Notes: generated by a model not told the origin, from the sequence alone. 32,000 bases of DNA from Raphidiopsis brookii D9 (GCA_000175855.1 ACYB01000038.1:30001-62000), one strand, 5' to 3'. Counted from the first letter of the stretch, positions 10,549 through 20,106 are shown. Program-made: numbers and translations.

Positions 10549-10679
10549 TTTTATTATTACTTTTATTCCTTTGTCATTTTATGCAAAAAAGTTTTTAATT
10601 TTACCATATCAGTGAGTTGTTGCTAAAGCTCCCATAGCTCCACCCCAAATCACCGCTTCTTAGGGAATATTGAAGAATA

Positions 10680-11744
10680 TTAAGCACGCCATCTCAATAG
10701 TACACTTTTTACAGGATTAACAAATTCTCTGTTTTCTGCTGCTGCGCGGCTAAATTCCCGTTTCAATTGAAAATACCATTGTGCTTGCATATCCGAATCT
10801 TTAATTAGACGCAAAATCGGATTATATTGAAGTCCAATTTGTTGCTTTTCCACCACATTTCTATCTTGATACAAAAATTTGCGAGTTAGAATTTGAATCA
10901 AAGGTGTAAATATTTTTAACCAATTTGGTATACCATAAAGAACAAAATTTACTTCCGTTTCCGTGTCAGAAATTGGTGTAACTGCGGTTAAATTACAAAC
11001 TCGATGTTTGCCAAAGGTAATTTCTTCAATCCTCACTCCTGGTAAACGGAAAGAAATTTCCACCTCTGGTATTCCTCCACCCACTAACCAATATAATCGA
11101 CTCATATTTTCCGTGTTATTGGATAATTTATGGCGTCTGACCGTAAACCCATAATCGGAAGGATCAAATTGTTTCACTTCTTCATGCAGTTTTCCACTTC
11201 TCCACCACCACACCTGGTGAACATAGGGAGAATGAGCAGGATCCATTAAACCTGTTACTGCATGATCAATAAAACAGGGAAATTTCATTACTTCCACTAA
11301 ATCTGGTTCTATATTGCTAAAACCTGGTATTTGAGGAATATTACCGATCTCAGCATTAATGGACGCGCCTTCTTTGTCATACATGTATATCCAGATATTA
11401 CCCTGGGTTTCATAAACAGGATATGATTTAACATTAAACTTACTCAAATCTATACTTTGTTCTGGCAAAAGTGATGGAATTTGTGTACACTTGCCTTGAC
11501 TGTCAAAGCGCCAACCATGATAACAACATTCTACCTGTTCACCATCAAATCTACCACAACTCAACGGAACTGCACGATGAGGACAAATATCCTCAATCGC
11601 AAAAACTTGACCATTTTTGTCTCTTGTCAATAGTATAGGTTCTCTCAGTAAAACACGTGATACCATCTTACCTGTTTTTAGCTGACTGCTGGGTAGTGCA
11701 TAGTACCAAAGATTACGCAACAAGATGTTTTTATTATCTACCAT
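10680..11744 (-). CDS. Rieske [2Fe-2S] non-heme iron oxygenase (PaO/Tic55-like)
   Basis: Rieske motif CPHRAVPLSCG..x..CCYHGWRF and mononuclear iron motif DPAHSPYVH. The track ORF begins at a TTG (11762); the ATG at 11744 (MVDNKNILLRN..) is the more plausible start. Confidence 0.85.
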   Translation of the reverse strand: MVDNKNILLRNLWYYALPSSQLKTGKMVSRVLLREPILLTRDKNGQVFAIEDICPHRAVPLSCGRFDGEQVECCYHGWRFDSQGKCTQIPSLLPEQSIDLSKFNVKSYPVYETQGNIWIYMYDKEGASINAEIGNIPQIPGFSNIEPDLVEVMKFPCFIDHAVTGLMDPAHSPYVHQVWWWRSGKLHEEVKQFDPSDYGFTVRRHKLSNNTENMSRLYWLVGGGIPEVEISFRLPGVRIEEITFGKHRVCNLTAVTPISDTETEVNFVLYGIPNWLKIFTPLIQILTRKFLYQDRNVVEKQQIGLQYNPILRLIKDSDMQAQWYFQLKREFSRAAAENREFVNPVKSVLLRWRA

Positions 11745-12047
11745 GGGACAGGAATTAAACAAAAAAATAAGGAAGAGAATTACTAGGAAGTTTTAGTCTA
11801 CTTTTACCCAAAAATCCTCTATTCTAAATTGTACCATTGTGATTAAATTGCATCCAAATTTTATGGTCTCCTGACCATGGAACTTTATGGGCGATCATTG
11901 TGGATGTACGACAACTCCTTCTAGAGGAAGATGGTTTTGACCAGAAGTCAATTTAAACTAGTGCTGGTGTGTCGAATAACTGCTTTCTATGAAGGTTTAG
12001 CACTGCTAAACCTTTTCTTATATTATGATGTATATCTGTCAAAATTT

Positions 12048-12569
12048 TTAAAAAGCTGCCCTCTGCTTTGCTAAAGGAAGGGGCTCCCAGGCTTTTGGTA
12101 AAAACCGGATAAACTCTAATGGTAAGTTATCTATATCGGCAATAAAAGCTACTTCTAAAATGCGATCGCCTATTTGCTGTTGAGTTGGTTCTAAAAGAAC
12201 TTTCAGGGGTGATAGTTCCAAAATCAAAGACATTCTCTGTTGTAATTCTAACAGCCAAGTAGATAAATCTAACACTCGGGAAGTAAGATCAAAGGAAAGA
12301 TGATAATAACCCACATAATTCTCATCCGTAAAAGCATCCGGTGCGGGTTTGGGTTGAGGAATTTGAATCAATTCGATGCGACTATCTAATCCCTCCAACC
12401 AACATGCTAAAGTATAACCGGTCGTGAAGCGAGCGGCAACTGCAAAACCTAGTTCTTGATAAAATGCGATCGCTCGGTGAATATTACTTGTTCTAATAGA
12501 AACATGATGCATAGTTTCAGGATAGGAGATTTGGGAATTGGAGGTTTTTAGGATATAATAGTAACTCAC
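12048..12569 (-). CDS. VOC (glyoxalase/bleomycin-resistance/dioxygenase) family protein
   Basis: The ..MHHVSIRTSNIHRAIAFYQELGF.. beginning is typical of VOC domains. The track start is a GTG at 12569; the ATG at 12512 is an alternative start. Confidence 0.65.
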   Translation of the reverse strand: MSYYYILKTSNSQISYPETMHHVSIRTSNIHRAIAFYQELGFAVAARFTTGYTLACWLEGLDSRIELIQIPQPKPAPDAFTDENYVGYYHLSFDLTSRVLDLSTWLLELQQRMSLILELSPLKVLLEPTQQQIGDRILEVAFIADIDNLPLEFIRFLPKAWEPLPLAKQRAAF

Positions 12570-12611
12570 CTAACTTTGGGGTAGGTGAGAGATTTTGAAA
12601 ACTACAACAAA

Positions 12612-13124
12612 CTACTCAAACAATCGGAAATAGGGGTAACGCACAGGGGCACCTGGTTCCTTATCTAAATCAAAATTAATCACATCCCAGCATGGTTCAT
12701 CCAGCGGGTCTGGTCCAAACTCTACTGGTAACCCATACAATCGAGCATTTCCCGTTTCTGTTTGTTCTGACCGCCAAGAACTGCTCCGCTCCAAATAACC
12801 ACTCATTAACTCTTGATAACGCCGAGCAATAATCACTCTTGTAGCACGATAACCTTGAGTATAGAGCTTATCTAGTGCTTCATGAATTTCAAAGCGTATG
12901 CCATCAGGATGAGTGTGTTGTCGATACCAGTCATTACCCCATTTGCGCCAGTGACGACCTGACTGGAGATGTACTAACTCCTCAGTTTTGGGATCAGCTT
13001 CAAAAGCACCGTGCCGTATGCACAAGTAAGTATCAGTTAAAGTCAGCGCCGGAATGGTCTGGCGACAGTGTGGACACTGTATTTCAGGTCCAAATATTGG
13101 GTACTGTAAGCCTGGATTCATCAT
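12612..13124 (-). CDS. Conserved cyanobacterial hypothetical protein with an N-terminal Cys/His cluster (possibly the TIGR02652 family)
   Basis: 170-aa ORF with CPHC..x16..C.RH near the N-terminus and no hydrophobic segments. The family assignment is from memory of similar cyanobacterial proteins and was not verified. Confidence 0.5.
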   Translation of the reverse strand: MMNPGLQYPIFGPEIQCPHCRQTIPALTLTDTYLCIRHGAFEADPKTEELVHLQSGRHWRKWGNDWYRQHTHPDGIRFEIHEALDKLYTQGYRATRVIIARRYQELMSGYLERSSSWRSEQTETGNARLYGLPVEFGPDPLDEPCWDVINFDLDKEPGAPVRYPYFRLFE

Positions 13125-13325
13125 GAAGTGTGTACAAGCATAGTTTTATATTTAGCAGCACCAATAGGTTGGATTTAACACCCTGGATCAAAAGATAAGG
13201 ATAAGCAATCCCCAGCAGTTATTACTGATTGTACAGGACAAATGACTGTGATATGCTAGTTATGCAACCAATTTCCCAGGTTGAAGTTTTTCCAGTATTC
13301 CTGGTTACCATATCAAAATTCTATC

Positions 13326-13871
13326 GTGTCTACTGTTTCCTATTGGACATCTCCGGATTTTTCTCAAGCCGCTTTTATAGCCACCAATGCCATTGTAATT
13401 GGATCGGTTAAAGTTGCGGCAAAGTCGAGTATTTGGTATAGTGCAGTGGTTAGGGGAGATGTGGAACGGATTGAAATTGGGGAATGCACAAACGTACAAG
13501 ACGGAGCTATCCTACATGGAGATCCTGGTCTAGCTACTATTTTAGAAGACCATGTTACCGTAGGGCATCGTGCTGTGATACATTCCGCCCACATTGAACG
13601 AGGTAGTTTAATTGGCATTGGTGCAATAGTTTTAAATGGGGTTCGTATTGGTCATAGTAGCATCCTGGGAGCAGGTGCGGTAGTAACCAAAGACATACCT
13701 CCCTATTCTCTTGTCGTTGGAGTACCTGGTAAAATAGTCCGTCAAGTAACAGAAACTGAAGCGGCGGAACTTTTTGAACATGCCGAAAAATATCATCAGT
13801 TAGCCCTAGTCCATGCAGGAAAGGGGAAGAACATGGGTTTTATCCCACATTCTGCTCCCTTGGAAAAATGA
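13326..13871 (+). CDS. Gamma-carbonic-anhydrase-like (hexapeptide repeat, YrdA/PaaY-type) protein
   Basis: Left-handed beta-helix hexapeptide pattern and family motifs (..IWYSAVVRGDVERIEIGECTNVQDGAILHGD..VGHRAVIH..IG..GA.V..IP..SLVVGVPGKIVR). The track ORF starts at TTG 13281. The in-frame GTG at 13326 (VSTVSYWTSPDF..) gives the usual ~181 aa. Confidence 0.8.
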   Translation: MSTVSYWTSPDFSQAAFIATNAIVIGSVKVAAKSSIWYSAVVRGDVERIEIGECTNVQDGAILHGDPGLATILEDHVTVGHRAVIHSAHIERGSLIGIGAIVLNGVRIGHSSILGAGAVVTKDIPPYSLVVGVPGKIVRQVTETEAAELFEHAEKYHQLALVHAGKGKNMGFIPHSAPLEK

Positions 13872-14022
13872 CCAACTTGAGGTAAAAATTAAGAAGGGGT
13901 GGATACTTTATTCCCTCCCTTCACAAACTGTTCCGCTGTCACCTTCGGGTTGGCATCCCATCCCTTTAGGGCTGGAAAAGTTACAAAAACTTTAATTTCC
14001 ATATAACAGAGGTTTTCTCGAT

Positions 14023-14148
14023 ATGAACATTGATACCCGCATAGTAATTGTCCTAGCACCCTTAGTTATTGCTGCAAGCTGGGCTGCTTTTAATATAGGT
14101 GCTGCTGCTATCAGACAAGTACAAGCCTTTTTAAGTAAAGAAGCCTAA
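14023..14148 (+). CDS. psbY: Photosystem II protein Y
   Basis: 41-aa ORF missing from the track (under 60 aa): [41 protein letters not shown]. It has a single TM helix and the conserved ..[12 protein letters not shown].. core of cyanobacterial PsbY. Confidence 0.88.
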   Translation: MNIDTRIVIVLAPLVIAASWAAFNIGAAAIRQVQAFLSKEA

Positions 14149-14185
14149 ATTATCCAAGCGGTTGAATGCACCCCATCTATAATTA

Positions 14186-15601
14186 ATGAGTGGTGCGTTC
14201 AATTACCTAACTGTCAACCTGCCATCTACTCCTCACTTAGTTCCCTATTATGCCGTGGATTCTTTACTTCAACCTTTAAAGCACTTTGGTGTTAACTTAG
14301 GACTTAACCGTATTGTCAAGTTACTAGAGACCTTAAATAATCCCCATAGACAGGTACCCATAATTCATGTTGCGGGAACTAATGGTAAAGGTTCAGTTTG
14401 TGCCTATCTATCCTCCATTTTAACAGAGTCAGGTTACAAAACAGGTAGGTACACTTCGCCTCATTTAATAGACTGGAATGAGCGTATATGTATTAATGAA
14501 AAACCCATTGCGAGTGAAGAACTAACTAGACTAATCGAAATAGTGAAAGGTGTGATTAATTCAAATGAAGATCAGCCCACACAATTCGAGATAATTACAG
14601 CAGCATCCTGGCTATACTTTGCCCAGGAGAAAGTGGATATAGCAGTAGTAGAAGTTGGACTGGGGGGGAGATTAGACGCGACAAACGTTTGTGATCACCC
14701 CTTAGTAACAGTAATCACCTCAATTGGTAGGGATCACTGGCAGCAGCTAGGTTCGAGCATCAGTGATATTGCCAGAGAGAAGGCGGGGATCATTAAAGCT
14801 GGATGTCCGGTAGTGATGGGGAAATTGCCAGAGGATGCCAAGAGAGCAGTGATATGTAGGAGTATAGAACTAGAAAGTCCAATTTTTGTTGTATCACCTG
14901 CAAGAGAAATAAGTCCTGGATGGGCAGAATATCAAACCGTAGGACCAGGGGGGCGTATTAAAGCAATTAAATATCCATTACCATTGAAAGGGCAAATTCA
15001 ACTCACTAATTCTGCTCTGGCATTAGCGAGTTTAGGGATGTTGCAAAGACAAGGATGGGAGATTTCCGGTCAAGCTATAATTAGGGGTATGGAGAAGACT
15101 AAATGGCCAGGAAGAATGCAATGGTTTAATTGGAAAAAAGATAATAGTGATTGCCAACTGTTAATTGATGGTGCGCATAATCCAGAATCGGCACAGGTTT
15201 TGAGGAATTATGTAGATAGTATAGGAGATAGAAACAAAAATATAACTTGGGTAATGGGGATGCTAACTACAAAAGACCATAAGGATATTTTCAGAGAGCT
15301 GTTAAAGACAAAAGATAGATTATACTTAGTACCAGTACCGGGGAGTGATTATGCAAACCTGGATTATTTAAAGACTCTGGCTTTAGAAACTTGTCCAGAC
15401 TTAGATTTTTGTGCGATATATGAGGATATATTTTTGGCATTAAATGCCGCCTTTAATAACTTTAATAATACAAATAATAATACAAATAATAATACAAATA
15501 ATAATACAAATAATAATACAAATATAAATGGCCCGGTTATTTTATGTGGTTCTTTGTACTTAATTGGTCACTTCTTTTCTCAGGTTAATCTGGTAAAATA
15601 G
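14186..15601 (+). CDS. folC: Bifunctional folylpolyglutamate synthase / dihydrofolate synthase
   Basis: Mur-ligase/FPGS P-loop HVAGTNGKGS, plus ..YTSPHL..ER.., ..VEVGLGGRLDATN.., ..DGAHNP.., and a C-terminal ..CGSLYL.G... It carries an in-frame Asn/Thr repeat insertion near the C-terminus. Confidence 0.85.
   Translation: MSGAFNYLTVNLPSTPHLVPYYAVDSLLQPLKHFGVNLGLNRIVKLLETLNNPHRQVPIIHVAGTNGKGSVCAYLSSILTESGYKTGRYTSPHLIDWNERICINEKPIASEELTRLIEIVKGVINSNEDQPTQFEIITAASWLYFAQEKVDIAVVEVGLGGRLDATNVCDHPLVTVITSIGRDHWQQLGSSISDIAREKAGIIKAGCPVVMGKLPEDAKRAVICRSIELESPIFVVSPAREISPGWAEYQTVGPGGRIKAIKYPLPLKGQIQLTNSALALASLGMLQRQGWEISGQAIIRGMEKTKWPGRMQWFNWKKDNSDCQLLIDGAHNPESAQVLRNYVDSIGDRNKNITWVMGMLTTKDHKDIFRELLKTKDRLYLVPVPGSDYANLDYLKTLALETCPDLDFCAIYEDIFLALNAAFNNFNNTNNNTNNNTNNNTNNNTNINGPVILCGSLYLIGHFFSQVNLVK
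15464..15523 (+). repeat. Perfect 12-bp tandem repeat (AATAATACAAAT x5) inside folC
   Basis: Five exact head-to-tail copies counted by hand, with degenerate flanks from ~15455 to ~15529. The repeat is in frame and encodes (NNTN)5 within ..NNFNNTNNNTNNNTNNNTNNNTNINGP.. Confidence 0.95.
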
Positions 15602-15608
15602 GTAAGAG

Positions 15609-15658
15609 ATGCCAGAATATTCCCTCAAGGTTTGAGGTATTCTGGCATTTAATTTCTT
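15609..15658. terminator. Bidirectional hairpin terminator between the convergent folC and substrate-binding-protein genes
   Basis: 11-bp outer stem ATGCCAGAATA (15609-15619) / TATTCTGGCAT (15638-15648), with an inner CCTCA/TGAGG stem. It is followed by TTAATTTCTTT on the plus strand. Confidence 0.6.
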
Positions 15659-15667
15659 TAGCAGTTC

Positions 15668-16942
15668 CTATCTACTATCCCATTGTTTAGCAGCATCACT
15701 AACAGCTTGATCTACTGTTTTTTGTCCCAACATTGCTGCTTGAAGATTTTCGTAAATTGCCCTTTGCAGTAATTTAAAATCCTTCATTTTAGGGGTTAAA
15801 ATCTGGGCTTTTTGCATTTCTTGGGCGCTGATAATACGTGCTTTTTCCACAGTAGAAGCATTAGCAGGAACTTCGCGAAAATAACTGTTGGATAATGCTC
15901 TAACAGTTGATGGTAAAACATTAGCTGCTTTTGCAAAAGCTAATTGATTGTCATCATTGGTAACAAACAAGGCAAATTTGAGTGCTGCATCCGGATTTTT
16001 ACTGCTACGAGGAATAACAACATTCATCACAGCCACATTTTTCTTACCCGTATTACCCGTAATTTGGGGAGCTATGGTAGAAGACTTAGCGATTTGTGGA
16101 GCATTGTTAGCAATGGTTTTTAAAAACTCAGCCCCCGATGCCAAAAATGCAGTTTCTCCCGACTGATATAGATCAATAGCGTGACGATGACCCTGAGTTA
16201 AACATTCCTTAGGTAATAGTCCCTGCTGATATAGGTCCACCCAGTATTGAAAACCAGCCCTACCCTCGGGTGTATTAAAAGCCGCCTTTTCTTGCTTATC
16301 CACTAAATTAACACCCATTTGCACAAGAGATTCTAAAACCTCACCTGAGTCTTGAGGAACAAAGGTGGTGAAAAAGGCATACTTGCCCGTTTTATCATGA
16401 ATTTGTCGTGCTGCTTGAGCTAGTTCCTGATAGGTGGCTGGTGGTTTAGAAATACTTGCTTGTTTGAGTAAATCAGTGTTATAAATAGTTAGGCGGGTCG
16501 TCAAATACCAGGGAATGCCAAAACTCTTACCATTAAGAGTGCTGGCTTGCCATATATTTGGCAAATAGGATGAACGAACCTCAGGTGATACCTTGGTATC
16601 CAAATCTAACCAGGCATTTCGTCCCGCTAATTGGGCAGCAAAATCTGGGTTTAAATTAACCACATCTGGTGGGGTTTTTGCGGATACAGCCGTTAAAATC
16701 TTACTTTCCATAGCAGCCCAAGGCACATCTACCCATTTAACCTTGATACCAGGGTTTTGGGATTCAAAAGTGGAAATTAAACCTTGGAAATAACTGGTGA
16801 ATTCCGGTTGCAGTTGCATGGTCCAAAACTCAATACTTGTTCCCACATTCGCTGTGGTGCAACTAACTACCCAGCTGGCTAGTAATCCTACTAGACTTAA
16901 AACAGTGAGCCGTGAAAATTTTGATGATCGGATTTTTGGCAT
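15668..16942 (-). CDS. ABC transporter substrate-binding lipoprotein (family 1, sugar-type)
   Basis: 424-aa ORF with a signal peptide and lipobox (..WVVSC). Overall pattern (..FWTMQLQP..NPGIKVKWVDVPW..PDVVNLNP..WYLTTRLTIYN..) is typical of extracellular solute-binding protein family 1. Confidence 0.8.
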   Translation of the reverse strand: MPKIRSSKFSRLTVLSLVGLLASWVVSCTTANVGTSIEFWTMQLQPEFTSYFQGLISTFESQNPGIKVKWVDVPWAAMESKILTAVSAKTPPDVVNLNPDFAAQLAGRNAWLDLDTKVSPEVRSSYLPNIWQASTLNGKSFGIPWYLTTRLTIYNTDLLKQASISKPPATYQELAQAARQIHDKTGKYAFFTTFVPQDSGEVLESLVQMGVNLVDKQEKAAFNTPEGRAGFQYWVDLYQQGLLPKECLTQGHRHAIDLYQSGETAFLASGAEFLKTIANNAPQIAKSSTIAPQITGNTGKKNVAVMNVVIPRSSKNPDAALKFALFVTNDDNQLAFAKAANVLPSTVRALSNSYFREVPANASTVEKARIISAQEMQKAQILTPKMKDFKLLQRAIYENLQAAMLGQKTVDQAVSDAAKQWDSR

Positions 16943-16979
16943 AAATTTGTTAAAATTTCTACAAAAGTAGCGTAGATCA

Positions 16980-18062
16980 ATGGTGAAAAACTTAGGTTTT
17001 AGTGACTTGTTTAATTACTGGGGTAATTTTCTGGGTAAGTCTACCAGAGGTGTGGGTGTGGAACTAACAGGAGACAGGATAAATATAGCCCAATTGCACA
17101 GGGTGCGTCAGGGTTTAAGAATAGAGTCATTGAGCACATTTCCCGTTCCAGAAGGGATAATAGTCAATGGTGAAATTTGTGATTGTCCCAGGATGGGAGA
17201 AATTATCTCACAAGCAATAGTAGAAAGTAAAATCAAAACCACTCAGATTAGAACTTGTATACCCGAAAAACATGCTATTGTGCGTATAATTCCTGCACCA
17301 TTAGAGTTGGAGGGTCAAGAGTTATATGATTCATTTATCAATCAGGAAGCTGGATTATATTTACCCTATCCACGAGAGGAAGCGGATATAGACTGTCAAA
17401 AATTGGGCTATTTCATAGATCAAGATGGGATAGAAAAAGCACAGATTCTCCTAGTTGCCACCCGGAGGGAAATTACGGACAGTTATATTCATACTTTTGC
17501 TCTAGCTGGACTGAAAATAGAGGTTTTAGAGATTAAAAGTTTTGCTATTATTAGAACTATCCAAAAACAGTTATTAATATTGAGACCTGAAGAAGCGGTA
17601 GTGTTAGTCAATATTGAATTTGACCATACAGAAGTTGCCGTGATTATCAATGGTGTGCCACAGTTTTCCCGTACTATTGGTATTGGTACGTTTCAATTAG
17701 AAACTGCTATATCTACTCCTATATCTAGGGAGATAAGTTTACCTGTACGGGAGATGATGTTAATGACTATTCCTTATAGAGCAGAACCAGAATTAGATAT
17801 GCTAGATAAATTAGGCGCTGAGATAGGTCGTACCATTGATTTTTGTATTAATCAAATTGAGTCTATGGAGGTATCCCAAATTTTCCTAAGTGGTGCTGGA
17901 GGAGGGATGGAACAGCTAGATGAATTTTTGACTGATAGATTGGGTTTTACAACCAGTAGAATTAATCCTTGTCAAGATCTATTATTAGATAGGGATAAAT
18001 TTCCCTCGTCACAGGATCCCAGTTTAGCAGCGGTCTTAGGTTTAGGGATGCGTCAAATATAG
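16980..18062 (+). CDS. pilM: Type IV pilus assembly protein PilM
   Basis: 360-aa actin-like ATPase-fold protein (..GVELTGDRINIAQL.., ..VNIEFDHTEVAVI..G.PQFSRTI.IG.., ..IFLSGAGG..). It is the first gene of a pilM-pilN-pilO series. Confidence 0.85.
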   Translation: MVKNLGFSDLFNYWGNFLGKSTRGVGVELTGDRINIAQLHRVRQGLRIESLSTFPVPEGIIVNGEICDCPRMGEIISQAIVESKIKTTQIRTCIPEKHAIVRIIPAPLELEGQELYDSFINQEAGLYLPYPREEADIDCQKLGYFIDQDGIEKAQILLVATRREITDSYIHTFALAGLKIEVLEIKSFAIIRTIQKQLLILRPEEAVVLVNIEFDHTEVAVIINGVPQFSRTIGIGTFQLETAISTPISREISLPVREMMLMTIPYRAEPELDMLDKLGAEIGRTIDFCINQIESMEVSQIFLSGAGGGMEQLDEFLTDRLGFTTSRINPCQDLLLDRDKFPSSQDPSLAAVLGLGMRQI

Positions 18063-18110
18063 ATCATATAAATCCTCCATTATATATATACTATTTTCCA
18101 CTATTTTCCT

Positions 18111-18875
18111 ATGTACAATTTAGAAATTAATTTTCTCCAGCATCGCTCAAGTAGCAAATTAAAGGTAGAGGATGGGAATGAGGTCAACTCAATAAATCAT
18201 CCAGTCAATCGGAGGAGTTTTATCCCCATATTTGTGGGATTGGGATTGGGTTTATGTTTTCCAGCTTTAGCATGGAGTAGTTTGTGGTGGTTACAAGACC
18301 AAAATAGCAGTTTAGAAGGGGAAATTGCCCAACTAAACAACCACAGTCAAAACTTAGATCAGCAATTAACTCAGATGCAAAAAATCCGGGAACAAACCAC
18401 TACAATTGAACAACAAACTGAGAACTTAGTGACAGTATTTGAGCAAATGAGATCCTGGTCAGCTATTTTACAAGAACTGGGCAATAGGATTCCTAGCAAA
18501 GTTCAGATTGAAAGTCTTGAGCATAAACAAATTACTACCCTATCTACCAAGACAGAGCAATTAGAAATTACGGGTTATGCTCTCAATTTTAAAACTGTAA
18601 ACCAATTCCTCTTAAATATAGGAAAATCTAAACTATTTAATGGCAAAAATAGTCGAATTACTATGGCAGAATTAGTTGATGCGCCCCCGGTAACTGGTGC
18701 TATAGTAACCCAGCAGTCACCCATGGAATTTAAACCACCCCAAGTTGTTAAATATAATATGACAATTAGTCTAACTGATGTACCAGTATCCAATCTAGTT
18801 AGGGAATTAGAAAAAAAAGGTAGCCATGGGGTTAGTGGAAAAAATTCGTCATTTAGAAAGAATAGGAGCTATTAG
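18111..18875 (+). CDS. pilN: Type IV pilus assembly protein PilN
   Basis: Starts MYNLEINFLQHR as cyanobacterial PilN proteins do. It has a single TM helix followed by a coiled-coil, and lies between pilM and pilO. Confidence 0.7.
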   Translation: MYNLEINFLQHRSSSKLKVEDGNEVNSINHPVNRRSFIPIFVGLGLGLCFPALAWSSLWWLQDQNSSLEGEIAQLNNHSQNLDQQLTQMQKIREQTTTIEQQTENLVTVFEQMRSWSAILQELGNRIPSKVQIESLEHKQITTLSTKTEQLEITGYALNFKTVNQFLLNIGKSKLFNGKNSRITMAELVDAPPVTGAIVTQQSPMEFKPPQVVKYNMTISLTDVPVSNLVRELEKKGSHGVSGKNSSFRKNRSY

Positions 18876-18878
18876 TAA

Positions 18879-19628
18879 ATGATATTCAATAGGGATTTAA
18901 ATTTTGCTGAAAAAACCAATTCTAATAATTCTTTATCTTCCTACCCAGTCTCATTTGGTATTACCTTCACACCTATGGTAACTGGGTTAATAATCGGTGT
19001 CTTAGGATTACTGGGGTCTGGTTATATCATACTGAATATGCTCATACCAGAGTTTGAAAAACATAATCAACTGAAAACGAAGATTATCCAAACTGAACAA
19101 GAGCATGAGCAAAAAAATCAGCAAGCTCAACAAATTAATCTCATTCAGAAACGATTGGCCCTATCCCAGCAGCAAAAAAAGTCAAGTCCTATCCTTAATG
19201 GGGATGAGAAAAACCTCAATAATCTACTTCTTAGTATCAACCAAATTATAGAACTTACTAATAGTCAGTCCTTGGGTAATCCCTATATCAAAGCCAAATT
19301 GAAAAAATTTACTCCCCTGAGTGAGAAACCACAAGTTATTACTGATAACAGTCTGGGAGAATCACTAAAAAACCAACTAAAACGACAGATCATCCAAGTA
19401 GAAATCGAAGGCAATTTCTACCAAATTCAAACCATTATGGCAAGTCTAGAAAAATTGCCACCTCTGTTATTAATTGACAAATATAAATGTCAACTCCTAG
19501 CTCCTACCATAGATACTCAACAAATAGTCAGCACAGGTAAAATATTAACCTCCTTTGAATTAGTCATACCCATTTCCCTCTCAGATAAAGAAGCATTAGA
19601 AATAGCTGCTAAAACTCCCCTACAATAA
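18879..19628 (+). CDS. pilO: Type IV pilus assembly protein PilO
   Basis: 249-aa bitopic protein (TM helix ..MVTGLIIGVLGLLGSGYIIL.., then a Q-rich coiled-coil and an alpha/beta C-terminal domain). It begins 3 nt after pilN. Confidence 0.65.
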   Translation: MIFNRDLNFAEKTNSNNSLSSYPVSFGITFTPMVTGLIIGVLGLLGSGYIILNMLIPEFEKHNQLKTKIIQTEQEHEQKNQQAQQINLIQKRLALSQQQKKSSPILNGDEKNLNNLLLSINQIIELTNSQSLGNPYIKAKLKKFTPLSEKPQVITDNSLGESLKNQLKRQIIQVEIEGNFYQIQTIMASLEKLPPLLLIDKYKCQLLAPTIDTQQIVSTGKILTSFELVIPISLSDKEALEIAAKTPLQ

Positions 19629-19631
19629 AAA

Positions 19632-19674
19632 AGAGTGGGAGGAGACATTACCAAGCGTCATTCACTCCCACTCT
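19632..19674. terminator. Strong hairpin after pilO, with a canonical U-tract only on the minus strand
   Basis: 10-bp perfect stem AGAGTGGGAG (19632-19641) / CTCCCACTCT (19665-19674). The plus strand reads AAAAA-stem-ATTTAG. The minus strand reads stem-TTTTT. Confidence 0.6.
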
Positions 19675-20106
19675 ATTTAGTGCTGCTGAAGCGATTAGGG
19701 AACAGACTCATGACCCTGGTCGTTAATTAGGGGGGTAATAAAATTAAACGACTTGGGTATGGAATGAGCATTCCTATTGCAGCAATCGGTCATTTTGTTT
19801 TGAAACAAACCCAGCAGAGTAGCTGTTTTTTGTTTCTCTAATTTAATTTAACTTGCTTCTGAATTGTTAGGTTGCCAATTTGGCATTTTCTAGAAGTCTT
19901 TAAGATAAAGCTTGTAGTGCGAGTTCGCTCTTCCCCCAATCTTCTCAATGGAAATTTTGAGGGTAGTTAGGAAGAGTGAACACTTGTTAAAAACAGTGGT
20001 GATAAAGACTAATGATTTAAGTCTCATCTGGGTTTATACCAAGAAAGCGCAAGTAAGCAGCTTAGTTTTTTTTCTTTCCACATTAAGTTAGACCCGTGGG
20101 GGATCC

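Noticed and set aside
10549-10679. Tiny minus-strand ORF (VIWGGAMGALATTH) upstream of the epimerase gene
   Set aside because: It is 14 codons with a GTG start and matches no small photosystem or cytochrome subunit that I can recall.
15455-15529. Tandem repeat considered as a CRISPR or other array
   Set aside because: The 12-bp units are contiguous with no spacers, and they lie in frame inside folC. It is a coding minisatellite, not a CRISPR array.
19675-20106. Search for a pilQ remnant or small gene in the 430-bp stretch after the pilO hairpin
   Set aside because: Hand translation of both strands gave only ORFs of 25 codons or fewer with no secretin-like sequence. A proper TBLASTN is still needed.
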